From Polyangiaceae bacterium (GTDB lineage: Bacteria; Myxococcota_A; Polyangia; Polyangiales; Polyangiaceae), in contig JBILLK010000030.1 of assembly GCA_044376115.1 (NCBI GenBank), positions 1 through 64,000 on the forward strand: a stretch of DNA of 64,000 nt. The letters are read 5' to 3'. This document shows positions 46,241-56,341 of this stretch, piece by piece (positions within the stretch are counted from its first letter, which is position 1; every line of letters begins with the position of its first letter). The translations under genes were made by a program, and so were the position numbers. Below the pieces are notes generated by a model. The model was not told the DNA's origin. It saw only the letters and a list, made by a program, of their open reading frames with translations, and did no database searches.

Positions 46241-46603
46241 ATGAAAGACTTTTACAGCGGATATGAGGGCTACCCAGAAGTCCACTTCACGCTAAACGTC
46301 GGCGGGAGTCCCATAGAGCGCATAGCAACTTGGGACGGCTTCTTCGCGTCCGTCATGGCGAACGCGCTGCCGCTCGACGGCAGATGGTGCGGGCTGGCAC
46401 TTCCGTATCACACGCTTCAGGGCTGGCTAGCATGCGAGGGAGCATGGCGAATACCGGATCTTCATGAGGCGCTGGTGGCGTGGAAACTAATCCCGCGTGA
46501 GGGTCTCGACGACGTCGCGCTGGATCTGTACAGCGCCATCGCTGAGCTGCTCACCAAAGCGACTACGCTTGAGAACGCGAGCGTCTGGATCGAGGAGTTC
46601 TAG
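46241..46603 (+). CDS. hypothetical protein, probable orphan immunity protein
   Basis: [24 protein letters not shown]...GW, W.IPDL; small and acidic. Start at 46214 or 46241. Confidence 0.6.
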   Translation: MKDFYSGYEGYPEVHFTLNVGGSPIERIATWDGFFASVMANALPLDGRWCGLALPYHTLQGWLACEGAWRIPDLHEALVAWKLIPREGLDDVALDLYSAIAELLTKATTLENASVWIEEF

Positions 46604-46885
46604 AAGCCGTCCTTCTTCCCAAATGTCCGCGTCTACTTCAGCGCCCGTCCCCGCGCGGCCGGAGCCCCACGCCTCCAAGAAACCACAAGCCGCTCCCGTA
46701 CTACCCAGTAGCCACTGTCTCCAAGCGAGCTCAGACAGTGTGATAAAAGCCTCCACACTTCCGCCTGCCTCCCGCAAGCCGGCTCCCCCATCCGCGCTGC
46801 GACACGCAGTGGAGCAAGCCGGATTTGGGGGAGCAGTGCGCGCAGCGCAGCCTTGCTGCGCGAGCACACCGAGGGGGCTAAAAAA

Positions 46886-48121
<1,236 letters not shown>

Positions 48122-48188
48122 GCGCCTACCCTAGTGCAAATGCCGCGGGATGCAGCACCAGAATGCAAGGTAGCTCAGGCGCGCGTGG

Positions 48189-50000
48189 TCAGCCTTGCGC
48201 GCGGCGCAAGCGTCGCTTGAACCAGGCCGCGAGCAGCGCGCCGAGCGCGAAGGCGCCGGGTGCAACTCCGCTCTGCGAGCTCGGAATTGCGCAACCGCAG
48301 CCGTCGGCCGCAGGCGGATTGCTCGAGGATGGCGCAGCTGAGGCCGAGGCGGCGGGCGCGCTCGCGCTCGCTGAGGGGCTCGGCGCGGGGGCAGGCGGTG
48401 GCACTGCTGCCGGCTTGGTTTCAGCCAGCTTGAAGGCCTCGAGCTTGGGTAAGCCACCGGCGATCAGCTTTTGCAGATCCGCGTTGGCTGCGAGCTTCTT
48501 CGCGGCCGGATCTTTCCAGTTCTTGGGCGCGCCGCCGTAGTTACCGCGTTGCGGAACTTGGCACTTGATGGCGCCTTTCCAAGGGTGTCGCACGACGTAG
48601 CGCGTTTGAAAGTTGTTGGTCGCGACGCCTTCAAACACCTTCTGTTCGGGCTTGCCTTGCGGTCCGATCTCGCGGCCACCTTCAATCGCGGTGCCCGAGG
48701 CGAACACGAGCTTGCCGGCGTCGCTCCCTGGGACGCGCACGCGGGTGAGCACGAGCTCGCCGGCGAACTTGCGTGAGAGCGGTGTCCAGCGCACCTCGAG
48801 CGTGCCGCTCTTGTCGAGGCTGCTGGCCTCGACCGCCTTGCCCACGCATTGTTCGTACGGGCTTTCGAGCGCGGGCTTATCGAGCTTGGTCTTGCCGTTC
48901 TCGACGAGCACTGCGAGCTTGAGCGACGCGGCGGGTCGAGCTTGCGCGCCGCTCGTCGTCGCGGCGCAGGCCTCGAGTGCGGTGCGCAAATCGTCGGGGC
49001 CGCCCGGCTCTTCACTCACCGCATCGGCCAGGATGACGAGCTCGCCGGCGCCGCTCGCGCTCGGCCACGCCGAAACTCCGAGCGCCCCAAGCTCGGCTGG
49101 CCCGAGCGGCTTGCTGCAGCTGTCGCACGCGGTTGCGCCCCACGCATATTGCACGAACGCGGCTTGCGGCTGCTCTTGGCCGAGCTTCGACAAAAGCTGA
49201 TGGTGGAACTCCGCTGCGGAGCCGAGCACCGCGGGTTCTACGTCCAGGTTTGTGGGCACGCCGAAGTTCGGCGTGCCTAGGACGCCCACCCGACTGCCGC
49301 GGGTTAGCAACGTCAAATCCAGGGCTGACCGGCCAGCGCCGCTGATCAACTGCGTCGGCAGTTCGAAGCTCTCGCTGCTCCAACCGATGGCCGCCGCGCG
49401 TCCTCCGTTCGCTTCGCTCATCTCGAGTGCAGCGAGCGAATAGCCGTCACCCAGCGCCTTACCGATCGCCTTTTCGAGCGGCGCGTCCACCTCGAGCCCG
49501 AGCTTCTTGAGCGCGGCCACGGCCTCCGCTTGCGTCGCGCCCAAATCGGAGAGGGCGGCGGCTTTGCGAGACTCTGGCGCTGCCGGCTTTTTGTCTGCGC
49601 CCTTCTTCTCTCCGCCCTTCTTCTCAGCGCCGTCCTTTCCAGAGGGCGTTTCTTCGGGCATGGGAGGCGGTGCATCCATCGGGAGCTCACACGGATCTTG
49701 CTCCCACTGCTGCTCGACCCGCGCGCTCGTGATGCTCTCGAGCGAGCTCAATGCGCTCGCGTCCACCTCGAACACGAACGGCTTTGCGCCCTTCGGGATC
49801 GGCACGATCAGCGACGCGGCGCCTCCGCCCTTGACCGCCACCGTCAACACCGAGGTCGAGCCGTCCCGCGCGAGGACGGCTTGGGTCTCGGAGGACGGCT
49901 TGCCTTTGCGTGCGACGAGAAAGGCGTTGGCGGAGCCGGCGTCGAGCAGCGTCGCAAGGATGGCGGCTGACGCCAGGGCGCGGGGAGCGGAGAGTCGCAT
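48189..50000 (-). CDS. DUF2330-like secreted protein with MYXO-CTERM-type sorting tail
   Basis: Signal peptide, L.RDG...VLT, IVPIP, WEQDPC, YAW, NNFQTRY..RHPW.G...C..P.RG; C-terminal DGCGC-hydrophobic-KRRLRR. Confidence 0.8.
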   Translation of the reverse strand: MRLSAPRALASAAILATLLDAGSANAFLVARKGKPSSETQAVLARDGSTSVLTVAVKGGGAASLIVPIPKGAKPFVFEVDASALSSLESITSARVEQQWEQDPCELPMDAPPPMPEETPSGKDGAEKKGGEKKGADKKPAAPESRKAAALSDLGATQAEAVAALKKLGLEVDAPLEKAIGKALGDGYSLAALEMSEANGGRAAAIGWSSESFELPTQLISGAGRSALDLTLLTRGSRVGVLGTPNFGVPTNLDVEPAVLGSAAEFHHQLLSKLGQEQPQAAFVQYAWGATACDSCSKPLGPAELGALGVSAWPSASGAGELVILADAVSEEPGGPDDLRTALEACAATTSGAQARPAASLKLAVLVENGKTKLDKPALESPYEQCVGKAVEASSLDKSGTLEVRWTPLSRKFAGELVLTRVRVPGSDAGKLVFASGTAIEGGREIGPQGKPEQKVFEGVATNNFQTRYVVRHPWKGAIKCQVPQRGNYGGAPKNWKDPAAKKLAANADLQKLIAGGLPKLEAFKLAETKPAAVPPPAPAPSPSASASAPAASASAAPSSSNPPAADGCGCAIPSSQSGVAPGAFALGALLAAWFKRRLRRAQG

Positions 50001-50057
50001 GGGCTGCAGCCTAGTCCGAAGACGAGGCTGGAAAAACCGATTGCGTCATTCGAGGAA

Positions 50058-51875
50058 TCAGCGCTTCGGCGCGATGGTGCGCTTGGGCGGCAGGGCCGGC
50101 GGCGGGGTGGCCGGTGTGCGCTTCACAGTGGGCTGCGGCATCGGCCCGCGCTTTACGTCCGGCGTTTGCGGCGTAGCCTTCGGCGTCTCCTTCGGCTCGA
50201 CCTTGTCCTTGTTGCGATCCAGCACGGGGCGCTTGGGCGCAACACCGCGAGTGATGCGCAGCGGCGCCGGCTTCGCTCCAGGCTTGGGCCGCGCGACAGG
50301 GCGCTTGGCGTCGATGCCGTGCGACTCACCGAGCTTGAACTTGACGGCCTTTTGCTCCGTCTTCTCCACGCCCTTGGCGCCCGCGCCGACGGTGCTGATC
50401 TCGAGGTCGTAGCTCTTGGTGTTGCGTCCGCCGCCTTGCACGGTGGCCTTGCGAGTCTTGCGGTCCAATTTGAGCTCTACCTCGCTATCCGCGTCGGCGT
50501 CGAGGTTGGCTACGCGCACGGCCACGCCTTCTTTGGCGTCATCCATCGCGAGCTTCATTGCCGGCATCTTTCCGGAGCCTGAGCGGTAGCGAATGCCGCC
50601 GTTGTCGCGCGGCAAGCTGAGCGTGTCCTTCTGTGCGCTGTCGAGCTTTACGCCTTCGATCGTAACGGCGCTGCCGGCCGAGAAGATCGCGACGCCGTCA
50701 TCGTCTCCGCTGGTCGCGACGTCACTCTTCGAGAGCGTGATGTCGTAATCGTTGCCTTCGGGCAGGATGAAGATGGGCTCCATGGGCGCTGTGCCCTCGA
50801 GGTAGGCCGAAAGGTCCACCACCTCGGCGTTGGGGATCTCGTTGACGATCTTCCCACCCTCGAAGCCGACCTTGCGACCGTCTTGATCGGCGATGCTGAT
50901 GGCGCTTGCTCGCGGCCACACCGTGCGCGTGTCCGAGCCTTCACGACAGAACGGGCAAGCGGCTTTCTTGAGCCGAAGATCCAAGGGCACGACCACCAAG
51001 CTGTGCGTCGAAGCATCGCCGTACCAGGGCGCCTTGGGCTGGTCGGGGTTGAGCGCCGCGAGATCGTACTTCCAGGTGTCGGCGTTGCGGTCGATCGTGA
51101 TGATCCGCTCTTTGTCGGGGAAGTTGTTGTCGTAGACCTTGATTGCCTGGATGCCGTTGCCGAGATCTTCCACCGCGTAGGGCGTGACGGCGTGTCCACC
51201 GCGACCCCCTTGGTGCCAGAACGCCAAGGTGCCGAGCTCGCCCGCCTGGAACATCTTCACCAGTTGGTCGGCGACGCTGGAGGGCGTGGAGGCGCGACGT
51301 GAGATCCGGATGTCGGTGCGCACCGGATCAACCATTTGGTAGGTCCAGTAGTAGCCGATGAACGGCGTCGCCTCTTTCTTGTCGAGCGTGTGCGTGGTCA
51401 GCGACCACATCGAATCCGGCTTGTCGATCCCCTTCCAAAAGGTGAGCGATGAAACCGCCATGCCTTCACATCGCCCACCGTTCATCGCGCGATTGACCAT
51501 GTGGGCCCACTCGGCCGCCGGCAGCGTAAGCGTGCAGTCTTTGGTATCACCGTCGACGCAGGCCTTCTCGCCGAACATCTTCACCATCACGTTCTCGGTG
51601 AGGATCGGCGCGGTGCGCGGGTATTCCCCGCCCTGATTCTTGAACGCAAAGCCGTCACGCTCGGGGCGGAAGCCAGTGTCTGCGAGCACCTTGCTCTTCT
51701 TCTTTTTCGACTTCTTCGGCTTGTCGGAGTCCTTGTCGTCCTCCTCCGACTCTTCATCGCTGTCCGCGGCCTCTTTGGCGCTCGACTTCTGCTTCAAGAG
51801 GTCGGTGACCTTGTCGCAGGCCGTAAGCGGAACCGTCAGGGCGAGAAGACCAACGAGTAGACGCAGCTTTGACAT
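50058..51875 (-). CDS. lipoprotein with putative papain-like Cys-His-Asp/Asn domain
   Basis: Lipobox LTAC, GFRP.RDGF.F.N, NGGRCEGMA, GHAVTPYAV, IKVYDNNFP; Pro/Lys-rich tail. Confidence 0.75.
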   Translation of the reverse strand: MSKLRLLVGLLALTVPLTACDKVTDLLKQKSSAKEAADSDEESEEDDKDSDKPKKSKKKKSKVLADTGFRPERDGFAFKNQGGEYPRTAPILTENVMVKMFGEKACVDGDTKDCTLTLPAAEWAHMVNRAMNGGRCEGMAVSSLTFWKGIDKPDSMWSLTTHTLDKKEATPFIGYYWTYQMVDPVRTDIRISRRASTPSSVADQLVKMFQAGELGTLAFWHQGGRGGHAVTPYAVEDLGNGIQAIKVYDNNFPDKERIITIDRNADTWKYDLAALNPDQPKAPWYGDASTHSLVVVPLDLRLKKAACPFCREGSDTRTVWPRASAISIADQDGRKVGFEGGKIVNEIPNAEVVDLSAYLEGTAPMEPIFILPEGNDYDITLSKSDVATSGDDDGVAIFSAGSAVTIEGVKLDSAQKDTLSLPRDNGGIRYRSGSGKMPAMKLAMDDAKEGVAVRVANLDADADSEVELKLDRKTRKATVQGGGRNTKSYDLEISTVGAGAKGVEKTEQKAVKFKLGESHGIDAKRPVARPKPGAKPAPLRITRGVAPKRPVLDRNKDKVEPKETPKATPQTPDVKRGPMPQPTVKRTPATPPPALPPKRTIAPKR

Positions 51876-52190
51876 GGGACCTCGGTGATATGCAGGGCGA
51901 CTGTTAGACCTTCCTCGCCCGTGCGTCTTCACAGCTTTTTTCGCTGTTGAAACGGAAATCGAGGGACCCCACTCGCCCATAGAAAGCAAACTGGTGTGGC
52001 ACATGTCGGCCCAAACGTCCCCCGACGCAGAAACGTAACTTGTTCTTGGGAATATTTCAGCGATACTTCAGTGCGTCCGTCGGAGGCTCCTTGCCCTTGG
52101 TTCTGAGGAGTTTCGACACTGTCTAACGACGGGCTCGCTCAACTTCGATTGAGCACCATCGTTGGTCTAACTGTTGCTCGAGAGGCCTCC

Positions 52191-53825
52191 ATGCGGCACT
52201 GGCTAGCTGGTTCTTTGGTGTCCTTGTTCGCAGTCGCTGGCTGCGGAGATGATTCTTCCAGCGGTGGCGCTGGTGGGGAAGGTGGTGCTGGCGGAGCTCC
52301 GGTGGAGGAGCAAATCGTGCCGGCCCCGGGTGGGCTGCGCAAGCTGACTTCGCGCCAGTACGTCGCCTCGATCCGGGTCATCTTTGGGGACGCGGCAGCG
52401 GCTGCTGCCACCCCGCCGATCGATCAGGCGTCGTTCGGGTTGGAGGCCATCGCGGCCTCGGATCTGGCGCTCTCGGCGGCCCAGGTTGAAATGTATGAGC
52501 AGTCGGCGCTGCGCGTCGCGGATGCGGTTGTGTCCGACCCAACGGCCAAAGCTGCGGCTGTCCCGTGTACCCCGGTTTCTACCGCAGACGAGGCTTGCTT
52601 CACCAACGTCGCTGAGCGCGCTGGGCGATTGGCCTTTCGTCGGCCAGTCACGGATCAAGAGCTAGGCGAGCTGGTTGCGGCCGGCGTTGCCGGTGCCAAC
52701 GCCTACGATTCCTTCGACGCGGGCGTGGCTTCGCTGCTCGCATTGGTGCTGCAGAGCCCCGACTTCCTGTATCAGGTCGAGCTCGGCGAGCCGGATCCTG
52801 AGAACGCGTCACGGCGCCGCTTGTTGCCGTGGGAGCTAGCCTCGCGCCTTTCGTTCTTCTTGCTCGGGCAGACGCCGGATGAGGAGCTTTTGGATCTGGC
52901 CGAGGCGGGGGAGCTGAGCACCGAGGTGCAGCTGCGCGAGCTCGCGATGCAACTCGTGACCAAGCCTCGAGCGAAGGAGGCCTTGAGCGATTTCTACTCC
53001 GAGATCTTCGAGTTGCGGGGCACGCTGGCCATTCAAAAAGACCCAGCGCTGTTTCCGCTTTTCACCGACGACACGCGCCTCGCGATCGCCGAGGAGACCA
53101 AGCTCTTCCTCGAGGAACTCGTGTGGACGCAAGATACGAACGCGCTCTCGATCTACGACGCGCCGTTCACCTTCGTGAACGAAGACAACGCTTGGATCTA
53201 CGGTCTGAGCGTGACGGGCAAGGCCTTCCAGAAGGTCAACGTCAGCGGCCGTTCGGGGGTGCTCACGCAGCCGAGCTTCTTGGCTGGGCACGCCCACCCC
53301 GGAGAGACCTCGCCTACTCGGCGCGGCAAGTTCCTGATTCAGAGCATGCTTTGTCAGACGATCCCTCCTCCTCCTCCCGACGTGATTCCCACCTTGCCCC
53401 CCGTCGAGGGTGGTCACAAAACCATGCGTCAGCGACTATCCGAGGTGCTCACCGAAGACAGCTGCAAGACCTGCCACAACCGCATGGATCCGCCTGGTTT
53501 GGCGCTCGAACATTTCGACTCGGTGGGCGCCTATCGTGAGACCGATCAAGGGTTGCCGCTCGATGTTTCAGGCGAGTCCGTCGGTCTGGGCGCCTTCGAC
53601 GGCGCCGTAGAGCTCGGCACCTCGGTGCGTGCTTACGAAGGGGCCGCGGGATGCATGGTGCGGCAGCTGTACCGTCAGTCGATGGGGCACCTCGAATACA
53701 AGGGTGAAGAGCCGGCAATCGAGGCCATTACGGCGGCCTTCGGTGAGCAGGACAACCGCGTGCAAGCATTGCTGGTCGAGATCGCCGTGAGTCCCGCATT
53801 CCGCCTCGTTGGCGAGCCGAAGTGA
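52191..53825 (+). CDS. DUF1592/DUF1588/DUF1595/DUF1587/DUF1585 domain lipoprotein
   Basis: Lipobox VAGC, LRKLT..QY, RLAFRRP, LQSPDFLY, ELASRLSFFL....PD, TSPTRRG, CKTCH..MDP.G.ALE.FD.VG.YR. Confidence 0.92.
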   Translation: MRHWLAGSLVSLFAVAGCGDDSSSGGAGGEGGAGGAPVEEQIVPAPGGLRKLTSRQYVASIRVIFGDAAAAAATPPIDQASFGLEAIAASDLALSAAQVEMYEQSALRVADAVVSDPTAKAAAVPCTPVSTADEACFTNVAERAGRLAFRRPVTDQELGELVAAGVAGANAYDSFDAGVASLLALVLQSPDFLYQVELGEPDPENASRRRLLPWELASRLSFFLLGQTPDEELLDLAEAGELSTEVQLRELAMQLVTKPRAKEALSDFYSEIFELRGTLAIQKDPALFPLFTDDTRLAIAEETKLFLEELVWTQDTNALSIYDAPFTFVNEDNAWIYGLSVTGKAFQKVNVSGRSGVLTQPSFLAGHAHPGETSPTRRGKFLIQSMLCQTIPPPPPDVIPTLPPVEGGHKTMRQRLSEVLTEDSCKTCHNRMDPPGLALEHFDSVGAYRETDQGLPLDVSGESVGLGAFDGAVELGTSVRAYEGAAGCMVRQLYRQSMGHLEYKGEEPAIEAITAAFGEQDNRVQALLVEIAVSPAFRLVGEPK

Positions 53826-53835
53826 GGAGCTGAAA

Positions 53836-55230
53836 ATGAAGACGCTCAATCGAAGAACGATGTTGCGTGGCATGGCCTTCGGATCGGCCGTGGTGGTGGG
53901 CTTGCCGTTGCTCGAGATCATGGAGCAGCCGAAGCAGGCGAGCGCAGCCGGCAAGCCGGTGCGCCTCGTGACTTGGTTTTGGGGCAACGGCGTCAATCGC
54001 GCTCGTTGGATTCCAGGCGGCGCCACCACCCCGGTGACCGGCCCGGCGTATCCCTTGCCGGACCACCTCACGCACTTCGCCGATCTGCAGGATTACCTGA
54101 CGGTACCCACCGGTTACCGCAACAACTGCGCGCAGAAGATCACCCACCATGAGGGCATGTCGCTGTTCAGCGGCTTCACCTTCAACAACACCTGCTTTCC
54201 GGGCCAGGAGTGTCAGGGCTTCTTCTCCAACGCTGGCGGCCCAACCATCGATCAGGTCGCGGCCGATGTCATCGGCGTGGAAACCCCGGTCAAGAGCCTG
54301 CAGCTCGGCGTCTCCAAGCGCATCAGCGGCGCGGACTTCGGCACCACGATGCACGCTCTCTCGCACCGCGGACCGCAAGAGCCACTCTTCCCCGAACGCA
54401 ACCCAGTGCTCGCTTACGATCGTCTGTTCGGTAACTTCACGCCGCCCGAGGACCCGTCCAAGCCGGTGCGCCTCTCTGCGTTGAACGCCGTGCACGAGCA
54501 AGCCAAGCGTCTGCAAGCGCGGGTCGGAACGCGGGACAAGCAACGTCTCGAGGCCCACCTCGATGGGCTCAGCGAGCTCGAAGCGAAGATCAACACCCTC
54601 CCTCCCCAGTGTGAACCGCCGCCTTCACCCACCAACACCAACGCCGACGTGCAAGGGGTCGAGCAGCTGCAGATCGTGAACGAGATCATGAGCGACCTCG
54701 TGGCGTACTCCTTCACCTGCGACGTGACTCGCGTGGTCAGCATCCTCTTCCACGAGGGAGCCAGCGACACGGTATTCCCAGGGACTGGCAACAGCGGTCA
54801 CCACAACTATTCCCACGGCTTCAGCGTCAGCAATGGCCAGGAGGTCGACCAGGGCGGCCTGGTTGGCTTCAACGCCGGCATGCACTTCACCATGTCCTCC
54901 TTTGCGTACTTCCTCCGCAAGCTCAAGGACACTCCCGACGGCGTGAACGGCAACCTGCTCGACAACGTCGCCGTGCTCGCAGGCAGCGACTGTATGGACG
55001 GCATCAGTCACGACTTCGACTCGGAGCAAAACCTCGCTTGCTTGATCGCAGGTCGCGCAGGCGGACGCTTGCTGCACCCCGGCATCCATCTGCTCGAGAA
55101 TCAGCGCAACATCACGGATCTGACGCTGACCGTGCTCAAGGCGGTGGTGCCCGAGGTCAACTCGATCGGCAACGTGGGCTCCGATCCCGCCGCGTCCAAC
55201 ACCGTGGTGGACACGCTGCTCGTCGGCTGA
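53836..55230 (+). CDS. DUF1552 domain protein (Tat-exported)
   Basis: LNRRTMLRG Tat motif, GLPLLE.M, TIDQV.A, NP..AYDRLFG, D..RLE.H, CD.TRV, HH..SH, G.LLDN. Confidence 0.92.
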   Translation: MKTLNRRTMLRGMAFGSAVVVGLPLLEIMEQPKQASAAGKPVRLVTWFWGNGVNRARWIPGGATTPVTGPAYPLPDHLTHFADLQDYLTVPTGYRNNCAQKITHHEGMSLFSGFTFNNTCFPGQECQGFFSNAGGPTIDQVAADVIGVETPVKSLQLGVSKRISGADFGTTMHALSHRGPQEPLFPERNPVLAYDRLFGNFTPPEDPSKPVRLSALNAVHEQAKRLQARVGTRDKQRLEAHLDGLSELEAKINTLPPQCEPPPSPTNTNADVQGVEQLQIVNEIMSDLVAYSFTCDVTRVVSILFHEGASDTVFPGTGNSGHHNYSHGFSVSNGQEVDQGGLVGFNAGMHFTMSSFAYFLRKLKDTPDGVNGNLLDNVAVLAGSDCMDGISHDFDSEQNLACLIAGRAGGRLLHPGIHLLENQRNITDLTLTVLKAVVPEVNSIGNVGSDPAASNTVVDTLLVG

Positions 55231-55268
55231 CGCCCAGCTCGGCTGAAGCCCAGCAACGTTCACGAGCC

Positions 55269-55297
55269 GCGCGCGCCCTCCTAGGTTGGGCGCGCGC
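55269..55297. terminator. GC-rich hairpin between convergent genes
   Basis: GCGCGCGCCC-9 nt-GGGCGCGCGC, a perfect 10-bp stem with no clear U-tract. Confidence 0.4.
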
Positions 55298-55346
55298 CGT
55301 CGTTTGTGCGTTCGAAACGCAGTGAACGACGCCGAAGCTTGCTCGC

Positions 55347-56081
55347 TCAGCCCTCGAGCCCGACCACGGCTTCGCGTCCGAGCCGTTCGATGAAGGCCTC
55401 GCGCGCGGCCTCACATTGCGCGCGTTGCGTCCCATCGAAGGTGAGCTTGGTGCGAACCACTGGATCGCGGAAGGTTGGGTACGAGCCGATCTCCACCTCG
55501 GGGAACTGCTCGACGGTCTCGTCCAACGCCGGTTTCAGCGTTCCCTCGTCCACGTTGACGTTGACCGCGACCGTGATGAAGGGATGCGCCGGCTCGACCA
55601 CGTTGGCGACTAGCTTCATCTTCATCGCGAAGATCTCCGGGACGCCGGGAAGCAGCATCACGTTCTCACAAACCACCGCGGGCCAAGGCACCACCTCGGA
55701 GCGAACCAGCCGTGCGCGCTCGGGCACGCGCGCCATCAGCAGGTGGCCATCGCGCAGCGATTCGCCGTAGACGCCCTCGATCATCGTGGCCAGCTCCGGG
55801 TGCACCATCACCTGTTGATCGAAGGCGCGCGCCACTGCCTCGACGGTGACGTCATCGTGCGTAGGCCCAACGCCTCCGCTAGTGAAAACCCAGCTATGCG
55901 TCCCGGCCAACGCGCGCACCTCCGCTGCGATCAGCTCAACGTCATCCGGCACCATGCTCACCCGCGCGAGCCGCACTCCCAGCTCACGCAAGGTCTTTGC
56001 CAGGACCACCAGATTCTTGTCGGCGATCTTCCCAGAGAGGAGCTCATTGCCAATCAGGATGGCTGCGGCGGTCGCGGTCAT
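55347..56081 (-). CDS. CinA N-terminal / molybdopterin-binding domain protein
   Basis: IGNELLSGK..D.N, VPDD, TSGGVGPTHDDVT, LPGVP, IGSYP. Confidence 0.9.
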   Translation of the reverse strand: MTATAAAILIGNELLSGKIADKNLVVLAKTLRELGVRLARVSMVPDDVELIAAEVRALAGTHSWVFTSGGVGPTHDDVTVEAVARAFDQQVMVHPELATMIEGVYGESLRDGHLLMARVPERARLVRSEVVPWPAVVCENVMLLPGVPEIFAMKMKLVANVVEPAHPFITVAVNVNVDEGTLKPALDETVEQFPEVEIGSYPTFRDPVVRTKLTFDGTQRAQCEAAREAFIERLGREAVVGLEG

Positions 56082-56341
56082 GGCGCCAAATCCTTGGTCA
56101 CTGGACGACCGTCGGTGTCGTAGCCGAGCAGCTCTTCCACCTTGCGTTCGGCCTGTTCAATTTTGGCGTGGGCGAGCCGTGCGAGTTTGACGCCCTCTTC
56201 GAACAGCAGCAGCGACTGCTCGAGCGGAAGCTCACCCGCTTCGAGCGCCTCGACGATCTCAGCCAAGCGTCGGGTGCTCTCTTCGAAGGTTGCGTTTGGT
56301 GAAGCCGGATGCTCGAGGACTTCGCTCGGGTCTCGACCCAT
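56078..56341 (-). CDS. xseB: exodeoxyribonuclease VII small subunit
   Basis: TFEE...RL.EIV..LE.GELPLEQSL.LFEEGVKL......I..AE.KV..L. Confidence 0.95.
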   Translation of the reverse strand: MGRDPSEVLEHPASPNATFEESTRRLAEIVEALEAGELPLEQSLLLFEEGVKLARLAHAKIEQAERKVEELLGYDTDGRPVTKDLAP

